22,316 nucleotides of DNA from an uncultured archaeon (GTDB lineage: Archaea > Asgardarchaeota > Jordiarchaeia > Jordiarchaeales > Jordiarchaeaceae), in NCBI GenBank assembly GCA_964510585.1, contig CAZECW010000137.1:1-22316 (forward strand), written 5' to 3'. Below the pieces are notes generated by a model, which was not told the origin of the DNA, searched no databases, and worked only from the letters and a program-made list of their open reading frames with translations. Positions 7,578 through 16,258 of this stretch are shown one piece after another. A program made the position numbers and the translations under genes. Numbering within the stretch: position 1 is the first letter of the stretch; every line of letters starts with the position of its first letter.

Positions 7578-9638
7578 TTGTCGAAAATTGTATCGGACTC
7601 CTGCATTATGGGCGTTGATATTCTACCTATGAGTTCTCCATCTTCAATGCTAAGTCGTAGGTATGCGGCCTTCCTATTAAGTAAGGACACCAATAAAACC
7701 TTTGAGAAACTGACCTTAAGAGAACTCTTAAAAATCATCAATGAGGTAAAACCAGATATTGTTGCGTCCGATAACATTTTTGAATTCGCGCCAAATCAGA
7801 GGGGGATAATATATCTGCTTAGAAGGTTTCCTCCCAGAACAAAGCTTGTACAGGTTACTGGTTCGCCTGCGGGTGGAATGGAGCCATTAACCAGTATTGC
7901 GGCAAAATACGGTCTAACTATCTCTTCAAAGTTGAGTCCGACGGAGGCCGCTGAAGTTTGTGCTCGGCTCGCCGCCAAGGGTGTTGGCTACATTGTTTAT
8001 GCCTTTGAGAATGAGACTAAGATTATTGTTTCACGAGGCAGAACCTTGGGGCCGGGAGGTTCTAGTTCTGAGAGGTTCCGAAGGAGGTTGCATGCACTCG
8101 TTTCACAAACCACTCAGGTGATTAAAAATATACTGGATGACGCTAAAATAGATTATGACCTCTATACCCAAGAATCTGAACATGGTTTAAAACAAAGTAA
8201 ATTTCTGGTTTACACGGATAGGGCTAGACTGGGAAGTTTAATAAAACCAAGCAGAGGGCTGGACGTTCAAGTTAAAGTTGAACCGGTGGTTCTCGATGAA
8301 TTGGAATGGATTCCTCTCATTCCCAAAGTTGTTACACCAGTATCGAAGAAGGCTCTGATTCTGGGAATAGATCCCGGTATAACCTGTGGTCTAGCTGTTT
8401 TGGATTTAGATGGAAACCTACTTTTGCTTCGGAGCGAGAAGGAGTTAACGCGAAAAAAGATTATAGAGGAAATTTCAAATTTTGGTGTTCCAGTATACAT
8501 TGGTTCAGATGTTTATCCCCCTCCAGAATTTGTTAAAAAACTAGCTAATTCCGTTAACGCCAAAATATTCTCCCCCGCACACACTATGAGTGTTGATGAG
8601 AAAAGGGAAGTAACTAGGAAATTCCTAGATGGAAAAAGTTTAAAGCCCAGAGACTCCCATCAACGTGATGCTTTAGCTTCCGCTATAAAGGTTTACCAAT
8701 ATTTAAAAAATAAATTTGAACAGGTGGAAGCACACGTTAAAGAAATGAATGTAGATGTGCCTCTCGACCAGGTGAAAGCCTCAGTCGCCAAGGGCGCTTC
8801 TATAAGTGAGGCTATAGCGTCATTTTTGGAAGAGGAGCTTGAGGAAGCTGAAGAAGTTAAGGCGGTATCGGAAGAAAGGCCTGAAGAAACAATTGAGAAA
8901 CTCAGAAAAAATCTGGAGCAGCTTCGCTGCAAATTCCGCAGGTGCAGAGAAAAGAACCAGAGGTTGGAGCAACAAATTTTACAATCTCAGGAAATAATTA
9001 ACAGTTTGAAGGAGGAAATCAAAGCTTTAAATAACCAGTTGGAGGTGCTGCGATCCGAAAATTTTGCAGAGATAAAGCTCAATCGGTTGCATATGAGGTA
9101 CCAGGAGGAGAATGCCAGATTAAAGGCGGAGTTAGCCAGAATTAAAAGCGAACTAGCCTCAGTAAGACTTCAACTATCCGGTCTCAGAAGAATAAAACTT
9201 ATGGAGTCAAGAGGACTCGTCTATCCCTTAAAGGTTGTGAAATCCTTTACCCAAGAGGAAATTCGTAAAGCAGATGAACTTCTAGGAATAAAAGCAGGAG
9301 ACATAGTTTTTCTCGAAGACTCTACAGGAGGGGGACGCCAAACAGCTGAAATCCTAGTGCAGAAACGAATATCGGCTGTTATCTGCGGTTCCGGAATTTC
9401 TCACATGGCGATGGAAAGATTTCTGGAAGCAGATATACCAATTATTCCACGTGAAGACATTAACATAAAACAAGTAGATGAATTTGCCATTGTAGATAAG
9501 GAAGAGTTGGAGAGAGTGCTAACTAAGTATAAGCAGAGAACACTAGAACAGAAGAGGGCTCAAGCGGAGAAATTACTTGAAACCGTTGTCAAACAATATA
9601 GAGAAGAACGGCAACGTGAACTATCTGAGAACCATTAG
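7578..9638 (+). CDS. DUF460 (COG2433-like) protein: RNase H-like motifs plus long coiled coil
   Basis: GVDI...VASDN, SRGRTLGPGGSS, GIDPGITCGLAVLDLDG, SDVYPPP, HQRDALASA, heptad-rich region around aa 435-535, C-terminal GDIVFLEDSTGGG. TTG start after GGTGG. Confidence 0.85.
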   Translation: MSKIVSDSCIMGVDILPMSSPSSMLSRRYAAFLLSKDTNKTFEKLTLRELLKIINEVKPDIVASDNIFEFAPNQRGIIYLLRRFPPRTKLVQVTGSPAGGMEPLTSIAAKYGLTISSKLSPTEAAEVCARLAAKGVGYIVYAFENETKIIVSRGRTLGPGGSSSERFRRRLHALVSQTTQVIKNILDDAKIDYDLYTQESEHGLKQSKFLVYTDRARLGSLIKPSRGLDVQVKVEPVVLDELEWIPLIPKVVTPVSKKALILGIDPGITCGLAVLDLDGNLLLLRSEKELTRKKIIEEISNFGVPVYIGSDVYPPPEFVKKLANSVNAKIFSPAHTMSVDEKREVTRKFLDGKSLKPRDSHQRDALASAIKVYQYLKNKFEQVEAHVKEMNVDVPLDQVKASVAKGASISEAIASFLEEELEEAEEVKAVSEERPEETIEKLRKNLEQLRCKFRRCREKNQRLEQQILQSQEIINSLKEEIKALNNQLEVLRSENFAEIKLNRLHMRYQEENARLKAELARIKSELASVRLQLSGLRRIKLMESRGLVYPLKVVKSFTQEEIRKADELLGIKAGDIVFLEDSTGGGRQTAEILVQKRISAVICGSGISHMAMERFLEADIPIIPREDINIKQVDEFAIVDKEELERVLTKYKQRTLEQKRAQAEKLLETVVKQYREERQRELSENH

Positions 9639-9711
9639 TTTCCTCCCCATTCACAAACCACATATAATGCGAATTACTTCAAATCTAAAAGAAGTGCTAC
9701 GAACTTCGGTT

Positions 9712-10011
9712 CTACTTTTTGCCTTTAACTTCCTTACCCTTTTCCTTTTCTTTCTCTTTGGGTTCCTCAGCGAAATCAAGGGCCCCAGCATCTGGTTTTA
9801 TGAATAAAATGTTATTTCCACGTATGAACACTTCGCCATACCTTGCTACTGGTTCGTCACCGTCTAGTTCTTCAGCGCTTGTGAGACACAGGTTCATGTA
9901 AGAGTCGCAGTGGGATAATCTGCCTTGAAATGTTTTCCCATCTTTTAATTTAACTTGAACCACGTTATTTATTGATTTTAGAAGTATTTGTAATGGCTGA
10001 CGTTCAGACAT
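9712..10011 (-). CDS. Sm-like (LSm/SmAP) RNA-binding protein with a charged C-terminal tail
   Basis: Sm1 motif VKLKDGKTFQGRLSHCDSYMNLCL and Sm2 motif YGEVFIRGNNILFI. Start moved to ATG 10011 (GGAG upstream). Confidence 0.92.
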   Translation of the reverse strand: MSERQPLQILLKSINNVVQVKLKDGKTFQGRLSHCDSYMNLCLTSAEELDGDEPVARYGEVFIRGNNILFIKPDAGALDFAEEPKEKEKEKGKEVKGKK

Positions 10012-10267
10012 TTTTTCAACTCCAAAGACCTGAAAAATATAGGCAAACATTAATTTTAAAACCTATTCTTTCACTTAAAAATGTTTGCTAACACCTTTCT
10101 ACGACAATAATATTTAGCTAAAAAATGTTTTTAAACCCTTGTGAAAAGCGATAATCTTCTGCTTGGAAATATTTTTAATTTTGTACTCGTTTACATACGT
10201 GAAGATTTATTAATGGGAAAACTTAAAGGCGTACACGCTATTTTTGAAGGAAGGAAGTGTAGAAATT

Positions 10268-11578
10268 TTGACAACCCAGATACAATTAGCGAGGAAAGGA
10301 ATCGCTTCAAGCGAAGCAGAACAAGTTGCAAAGGACGAGGACTTCCCACTAGACAAACTATTAAAACTAATAGCATCGGGTAGAGTTGTCATAACCCGAA
10401 ATGTTAAGCGGGAGAACGTTAGGCCCCTAGGAATAGGGGAAGGCCTTCGTACAAAGATAAACGCAAACATAGGTTCTTCGGCGGATTTCTGCGATGTGGA
10501 TTACGAATTGAAGAAGGCTAAAATAGCTGTTGAGTACGGTGCGGACACAATAATGGATTTGAGCACTGGTGGAGACATAGACGCGATAAGAAGGAAAGTG
10601 ATAAAAAACATTGACGTACCCCTAGGCACAGTTCCCATTTACCAGGCAGCGATAGAGGCGAGCAAGAAGAAGGGCGCCATAGTGGACATGGACGAGGATG
10701 ACATGTTCAAAGCCATAGAGAAACACGCGGAGGACGGTGTAGACTTCATGACGGTACACGTTGGAGTAACCAAAAAGGCAGTGGAACTACTGGTTAAACA
10801 CAAAAGAATAATCCCTATGGTTAGCAGGGGAGGAACATTCCACGCCGCATGGATAATACATAACGGCCAAGAAAATCCACTATACTCCAACTTTGACTAT
10901 CTTCTAGAATTAGCGAGAAAATATGATTTTACACTCAGCTTAGGAGACGGTCTAAGACCCGGTTGTATCCATGATGCAAGCGATGAACTTCAAATGCAAG
11001 AGCTTTTAACAATAAGCGAACTTGTGGAAAGAGCATGGGAGGGAGGAGTGCAAGTAATGGTAGAGGGCCCCGGGCATCTACCAATCCACCAAGTTGGGGC
11101 TAATGTTAGAATACAGAAAGCACTATGTAAGGGCGCCCCCTTCTATGTGCTGGGTCCCTTGGTAACAGATTTAGCGCCCGGTTATGACCACATTACTGGA
11201 GCCATCGGAGGCGCCATAGCTGCAATGGAGGGCGCTGACTTTCTATGTTACGTCACCCCCGCTGAGCATCTAGGTCTACCCAATGAAGATGACGTCAAAC
11301 TTGGTGTTATAGCCTCAAAAATTGCGGCGCACGCAGGAGACATCGCAAAACTCGGAGAAAAGGCATCTTACCGGGACGATGAAATGGCTCGTGCCAGAAT
11401 CGCAATAGACTGGGAAAAGCAATATGAGCTATCTCTAGACCCTAGAAGAGCACAGTTATACCACGAAAGATTGAAGGCTAAGGAGCCTAAGACCTGTACA
11501 ATGTGTGGACAGTTCTGCGCCATGAAGATAATTTCAGAAGCTCTTGGCAACCCTAACATAGAAAAAATGAAGTGTTAG
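10268..11578 (+). CDS. thiC: Phosphomethylpyrimidine synthase ThiC (radical SAM)
   Basis: TKINANIGSS, GADTIMDLSTG, GTVPIYQ, DFMTVH, VSRGG, LSLGDGLRPG, EGPGH, PFYVLGP, GYDHI, YVTPAEH, CTMCGQFC. Start likely TTG 10268 (MTTQIQLARKG). BzaA/B/F paralogues cannot be strictly excluded without a tree. Confidence 0.9.
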   Translation: MTTQIQLARKGIASSEAEQVAKDEDFPLDKLLKLIASGRVVITRNVKRENVRPLGIGEGLRTKINANIGSSADFCDVDYELKKAKIAVEYGADTIMDLSTGGDIDAIRRKVIKNIDVPLGTVPIYQAAIEASKKKGAIVDMDEDDMFKAIEKHAEDGVDFMTVHVGVTKKAVELLVKHKRIIPMVSRGGTFHAAWIIHNGQENPLYSNFDYLLELARKYDFTLSLGDGLRPGCIHDASDELQMQELLTISELVERAWEGGVQVMVEGPGHLPIHQVGANVRIQKALCKGAPFYVLGPLVTDLAPGYDHITGAIGGAIAAMEGADFLCYVTPAEHLGLPNEDDVKLGVIASKIAAHAGDIAKLGEKASYRDDEMARARIAIDWEKQYELSLDPRRAQLYHERLKAKEPKTCTMCGQFCAMKIISEALGNPNIEKMKC

Positions 11579-11602
11579 GCAGTTTTCGGCCTTTGACTTA
11601 CT

Positions 11603-11627
11603 GGGAGCTTACCTAATAGGGCACCCC
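11603..11627. terminator. GC-rich hairpin between the convergent thiC and moeA stops
   Basis: GGGAGC-TTA-CCT-AAT-AGG-GCACCC(C): GGG/CCC, GC/GC and CCT/AGG pairings. Confidence 0.4.
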
Positions 11628-11633
11628 ACTTCC

Positions 11634-12884
11634 TTAGGGTGGAGCTTGAAACAAATAGACCCTGACTTCCTCTCCTTCTTCGATGAATTGTACTTCTGGG
11701 CCTATCTCTATATATCCCTGTGATAGGGCTAGAGTAGTTATGGCTTCAGAGCCTGTAGGAACTGGATAAGCTACAAACTTTTCTTTTTCCTTTTGAAGTC
11801 GGACTGGTTGAAAATTTAATCTTCCCCTTTCAGAGTAGATTCTCTTTCCAGTTACTGCTTTGACTTGCGGTCTACTTGTGGGAGGGAGGCCTGCCCACCT
11901 TCTAATTTGTGGGTCTACAAGAGTGTAGTATACCATGAGTGCCGATGTGGGGTATCCGGGTAACATAAAGACTGGTTTTCCATTGTATGCTGCTACTGCT
12001 GTTGGTTTTCCTGGTTTCATTGATATTCCATGTATTATAAAGTCTGGTTTGCCCACCTCACTGAGTGCTGTTGGAACTGTGTCGCCTGGACCCTTTGAGG
12101 TTCCTCCCGAAAATATGGCGATATCTGCGTTTTCTAGTGAGTGTTTAATGGATTTTATTAATTCCTCTTTATCGTCTGGTACGATCCCCCTGTATATGGG
12201 TTCTCCGCCTGATTGTTTGACGGCTTGTGTTATGGTGACTGAGTTGATGTCATAAATTTTTCCGTGTTCCAGTTTAGAGCCCGGAGTTATTATTTCGTTT
12301 CCGGTGCTGGCGACTGCCACCAATGGTTTGGAGTAAACAATTACTTCTGTAACGCCGGTTGCCGAGATTACCCCCAAATCTTGGATGCTTAGCACGGTTC
12401 CCTTGCTCAATATTTTCTGTTCTTTTCTTATGTCGCGGCCGATTTTAACAACATTCTCCTCGGGAGACACAGGTCGGTATATTCGCAATTGGTCATCTTC
12501 CTCCTCGGTGTACTCCACCATCACAACAGCATCCGCGCCTTCTGGTATGGGTGCTCCTGTGGCTATTTTAACACATCCCCCCTCTTCTACACGTAGATTA
12601 CTCTTTTCTCCCGCTTTTATTTCCCCTAAAATTCTCAGAATTTTCGCCTCCTCCTCTTCCGCCCCGAAGGTGTCACTTGCCCTAACCGCAAACCCATCCC
12701 TTGCAGCTCTTTGGAAGTGAGGCACATCAATTGGTGAAAAGAAGTCTTCAGCAAGAACTCGCCCCAAAGCCTCATTTATGCTAATTTTTTCAATTTTCCT
12801 CTCTATGCTTATTTTGGACAAGGCTTGAATCACATCTTGGAGAGAAGTTGTGGTGTAAAAACTCTTCCTAATTTCCTCTCTCAT
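11634..12884 (-). CDS. moeA: Molybdopterin molybdo/tungsto-transferase MoeA, paralogue 1
   Basis: ALGRVLAED, DGFAVRA, IATGAPIPEGADAVVMVE, STGNEI, DINS, SGGTSKG, HGISMKPGKP, LPGYPTS. Confidence 0.93.
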   Translation of the reverse strand: MREEIRKSFYTTTSLQDVIQALSKISIERKIEKISINEALGRVLAEDFFSPIDVPHFQRAARDGFAVRASDTFGAEEEEAKILRILGEIKAGEKSNLRVEEGGCVKIATGAPIPEGADAVVMVEYTEEEDDQLRIYRPVSPEENVVKIGRDIRKEQKILSKGTVLSIQDLGVISATGVTEVIVYSKPLVAVASTGNEIITPGSKLEHGKIYDINSVTITQAVKQSGGEPIYRGIVPDDKEELIKSIKHSLENADIAIFSGGTSKGPGDTVPTALSEVGKPDFIIHGISMKPGKPTAVAAYNGKPVFMLPGYPTSALMVYYTLVDPQIRRWAGLPPTSRPQVKAVTGKRIYSERGRLNFQPVRLQKEKEKFVAYPVPTGSEAITTLALSQGYIEIGPEVQFIEEGEEVRVYLFQAPP

Positions 12885-12898
12885 TCCTTATCTCCTCC

Positions 12899-14155
12899 TT
12901 ACGCTACGATGTGGGGAAAAAGAGCCACTCTTACGATTTCCCCCTCATTTATACCCTCCACATTTTCTGGAATTTCCACAATTCCATCGGCATTCACCAT
13001 ACTACTTATTACCCCTGAACCACCTACTCTTATGGGCACCGCCAGCACTCCCTCCCGAGTTTCCTCTATTTTGACTCGGACAAAATCCCGTCTGCCCAGA
13101 GTCGAAGCAACTTTCCTGGACATCTTTGCCTCAACAAATATGCGGGGATCAAGCTTTTCGGCTCCCAGCATTTTTCTTATGGTGGGCGCAACAAAGACTA
13201 TAAAGGCTATCATGGTTGACACCGGATAACCTGGTAGACTAAAAATCGGTTTACCGTTGAGAAATGCGGCAGCCGTAGGACTCCCCGGCTTCATGGCCAC
13301 CCCGTGAAAAATTAACTCCCCCCTCTTTTTTAGAAGATCTGGAGTGTAATCATATTTTCCCACCGAGGTTCCGCCTGAAAAAACTCCCACATCATATTTT
13401 AAGACTTCATCTATAGCCTTTTCAAGCTTTTCCGGTTCGTCCGGGTATATTCCAAGAATCTTAGGTTCTCCACCATAGACTCTCACCAGAGAAGCTAGGG
13501 TATAACTATTGGTGCAAACAACCTTTCCCACATCGGGAGTAGTGTGAATATCAACAAGTTCGCTGCCAGTGGAAACAATGGCTACTTGAGGTTTTTTCGC
13601 CACCTTGACTTCAGTAATTCCACATTGTAGGAGCATCGCTTCCTCTTGGGGTCTTACCTGTTTACCACTACTTATAATTTTTTGACCCATTTTCACATCC
13701 TCTCCAACCCTGGAAATGTTTTGGCCGGGTGTTACCGGACTGTATACTTCTACCTCATCGTTGATACGCTTAGTGTATTCAACCATAACTACGGCGTCAG
13801 CCCCTGGAGGTATAGGGGCCCCAGTAGCGATTTGAGCAGCCCACCCCCTAGATACTTTAATGTTGGGCGGTCTTCCCACAGTTACTTCTCCTACTACCTT
13901 TAGTTTGATGGGGTTATGCTGGCTGGCGCCGAAGGTGTCCTGTGCTATCACAGCGTAGCCATCCATAGCGGACCTATCAAAGTGTGGAATATTTCTCGGA
14001 GAATAAATATCCTCATAGATTATTCTTCCCAGAGATTCTGTTACCGGTATTGTCTCCGGTTCTAACCTCTTAATTCTGCTAATTATCCTGTTTAGCGCAT
14101 CATTAACTAGGGTGTACTCGGCAAAACCTCTCATACGAGCGTTGGACTCATCCAA
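12899..14155 (-). CDS. moeA: Molybdopterin molybdo/tungsto-transferase MoeA, paralogue 2
   Basis: PHFDRSAMDGYAV, IATGAPIPPGADAVVMVE, STGSEL, SGGTSVG, HGVAMKPGSP, LPGYPVS. TTG start with GGAGG RBS inside the moaB 3' end. Confidence 0.93.
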   Translation of the reverse strand: MDESNARMRGFAEYTLVNDALNRIISRIKRLEPETIPVTESLGRIIYEDIYSPRNIPHFDRSAMDGYAVIAQDTFGASQHNPIKLKVVGEVTVGRPPNIKVSRGWAAQIATGAPIPPGADAVVMVEYTKRINDEVEVYSPVTPGQNISRVGEDVKMGQKIISSGKQVRPQEEAMLLQCGITEVKVAKKPQVAIVSTGSELVDIHTTPDVGKVVCTNSYTLASLVRVYGGEPKILGIYPDEPEKLEKAIDEVLKYDVGVFSGGTSVGKYDYTPDLLKKRGELIFHGVAMKPGSPTAAAFLNGKPIFSLPGYPVSTMIAFIVFVAPTIRKMLGAEKLDPRIFVEAKMSRKVASTLGRRDFVRVKIEETREGVLAVPIRVGGSGVISSMVNADGIVEIPENVEGINEGEIVRVALFPHIVA

Positions 14156-14156
14156 A

Positions 14157-14717
14157 CTACTTTTCCTCCTTGGAGTCTTTGGAAATTTTAGTTTTCATGT
14201 GGCTGATAATATGTTCTATTTCTGGAAGAATAAAACTGGTAAGGGCGGTGTGTACTGCATTGGGGGATCCCGGTAAACAAAAAATCACCGCACCTTTATA
14301 GGTTCCCGCCTCTGCTCTAGTTAACATGGCGGCGGTTCCAATATCCTTGTAGCTTTCGAATCTAAAGAGTTCCCCGAAGCCAGGTATCCTCTTTTCAAAT
14401 AGAGGAGAGATGGTTTCTATGGTTACGTCTCTGGGTGAGAGGCCAGTCCCTCCACTAGTTATAATAACCAAGATTCCTCTTCCTACAAGTTCGTTCAGAG
14501 ATTTGATTATATGTTCAGGATCGTCAGGAACGAGGGAAACGGATGTCAGCTTGTGACCTGCTTCTTCTATTAGCTTCTTCGCCATGGCGGTTGTTTCGTC
14601 AGTGCTTTGTGCGCCAGTTTGAATTTCTCGGTAGCGTGTATCACTAATCACTATTAATCCAAAGTCTACGGGCCCAACGGGTACTCTGTGTTTTTCATGG
14701 GTGCTTTTTGGTTTCAT
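14157..14717 (-). CDS. moaB: Molybdopterin adenylyltransferase, MoaB/Mog family
   Basis: VISD, TSGGTGLSPRDVT, PGFGELFR, LPGSPNA. Confidence 0.92.
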   Translation of the reverse strand: MKPKSTHEKHRVPVGPVDFGLIVISDTRYREIQTGAQSTDETTAMAKKLIEEAGHKLTSVSLVPDDPEHIIKSLNELVGRGILVIITSGGTGLSPRDVTIETISPLFEKRIPGFGELFRFESYKDIGTAAMLTRAEAGTYKGAVIFCLPGSPNAVHTALTSFILPEIEHIISHMKTKISKDSKEEK

Positions 14718-14734
14718 GTTGTTCTCTACCTTGA

Positions 14735-15184
14735 CTACTTTTTTGTTGGCTGTTTGGTTTTACTCACCACCCTAACTTCCTCTATTTCTGTGTCGGGGTA
14801 CTGTCCTTCTTGGTCTTTTTCGTAGGGTTTAACCATGTCCCAAACTGTGAGTAGGGCAACAGAAGTTGCAACAAGTGCCTCCATTTCTACGCCAGTTTTG
14901 GACAATGACTGTACTGTGGATTCTACTGTAACCTCACTATTTCCAACAGAGATTTGGACATCAACTTTGGTTATTGGAATAGGGTGACACAAAGGTATTA
15001 TTTCTGGGGTTTTTTTGGCTGCCAGAATACCTGCTATCTGAGCAGTGGTGATGACATCACCTTTTCCCAAAGTTTTTTCCCTAATTCTTTGGATAGTTTC
15101 AGGCTTAAGTTTGATGATGCCTTTCGCAATTGCAATACGCAGAACATCTTCTTTACCACTAATGTCGGCCATGTTAATACTCAA
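14735..15184 (-). CDS. moaC: Cyclic pyranopterin monophosphate synthase MoaC
   Basis: MADISGK, KGDVITTAQIAGILAAKKT, IIPLCHP, TGVEMEAL, WDMVK. TTG start (alternative ATG 15172). Confidence 0.95.
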   Translation of the reverse strand: MSINMADISGKEDVLRIAIAKGIIKLKPETIQRIREKTLGKGDVITTAQIAGILAAKKTPEIIPLCHPIPITKVDVQISVGNSEVTVESTVQSLSKTGVEMEALVATSVALLTVWDMVKPYEKDQEGQYPDTEIEEVRVVSKTKQPTKK

Positions 15185-15389
15185 AATGTTCCATCCTCCA
15201 TATTTGCCTCTAACCTAGAAAACCATAACCTCAGTTAAATAAAAAGTATTCTAATGCCCTTTTATTATATATTTCATTTAAACGAGGATTTTTGTGGAAA
15301 AATGGTTATCCTTTTATTGAGAAGAGGTTATTACGTTTAATTACTATTAAAATTTCGATTTCAGGTAATTCTAAGTTGGGAGGAATAAT

Positions 15390-16172
15390 ATGATTTTCCA
15401 AATAGTTGGCTACCAGAGACATGTGGGCAAAACGTCTACAGCGGTTAGTTTAATTCAAGAGTTTAAAAAGAGAGGGTTCCGAGTTGCCGCCATAAAACAT
15501 TCCCACAAATACGACATCAGCCAAGACACTAGGGGAGCGCTAGACTCGAAGGACACAGAAAGATATCTGGATGCGGGAGCAGATGTTTGTGGAGCGATTA
15601 CAGACAGGAGCTTAGTTTTGATAACTCCCGAAAATTCCCTTAATTGGGCCTTAAATATGGTAGCTCCATTTTCTGACATAGTAATTTTGGAGGGATTCCG
15701 AGAGGAGCGCCGTCCAAGAATAATTGTGGCGGAATCAGCAGACCAATTTTTTGAGCTCTATATTGAAAATCTAGTTGTGGCGGTCACTGGTGTTATCACA
15801 GAGAATGAGGATGAAAAGGAGAAGGTGAAGGCGGCCTATCCCAATATTCCCATAGTTTCTAAGACCTCAGAGTTAGCTGATCTTGTACTCTCCAGATTTG
15901 TGGATGAAGTGATTAACCGGCTAGAAAAGAAAACTTGTGCGGTGTGCGGTTATCCCAACTGTGAAGAATACGCCAAAGCCCTAATAAGGGGAGAGGCCAA
16001 GCTATCTGCATGTCCACAAAATGCGGCTCAAACAGTTTTATACGTTAATAACAAGAGAATTGCCATTAACCCCTTCGTTCAGAGAATAATCAGCGCCACA
16101 ATTCAGGGAATGCTGTCCACTCTAAAAAATATAGACAAACTCGAGAACATTTCTATTCACATAAAAAGTTGA
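15390..16172 (+). CDS. mobB: MobB (molybdopterin-guanine dinucleotide biosynthesis B) fused to a 4-Cys Fe-S-type domain and C-terminal extension
   Basis: GKTS P-loop, VAAIKH, KDTERYLDAGAD, DIVILEGF; C-terminal CAVCGYPNC...C; tail LYVNNKRIAINPFVQRII. Confidence 0.85.
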   Translation: MIFQIVGYQRHVGKTSTAVSLIQEFKKRGFRVAAIKHSHKYDISQDTRGALDSKDTERYLDAGADVCGAITDRSLVLITPENSLNWALNMVAPFSDIVILEGFREERRPRIIVAESADQFFELYIENLVVAVTGVITENEDEKEKVKAAYPNIPIVSKTSELADLVLSRFVDEVINRLEKKTCAVCGYPNCEEYAKALIRGEAKLSACPQNAAQTVLYVNNKRIAINPFVQRIISATIQGMLSTLKNIDKLENISIHIKS

Positions 16173-16258
16173 ACCTTGAAGCGAATCAAAATGAGAATCC
16201 TAAATTAAATGATTTTTATTTCTCTTTTGTCATGTAGTAAGACAGGAGACGGGAACAG

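Noticed and set aside
10051-10267. TPP riboswitch upstream of thiC
   Set aside because: No riboswitch core and no GC-rich stems.
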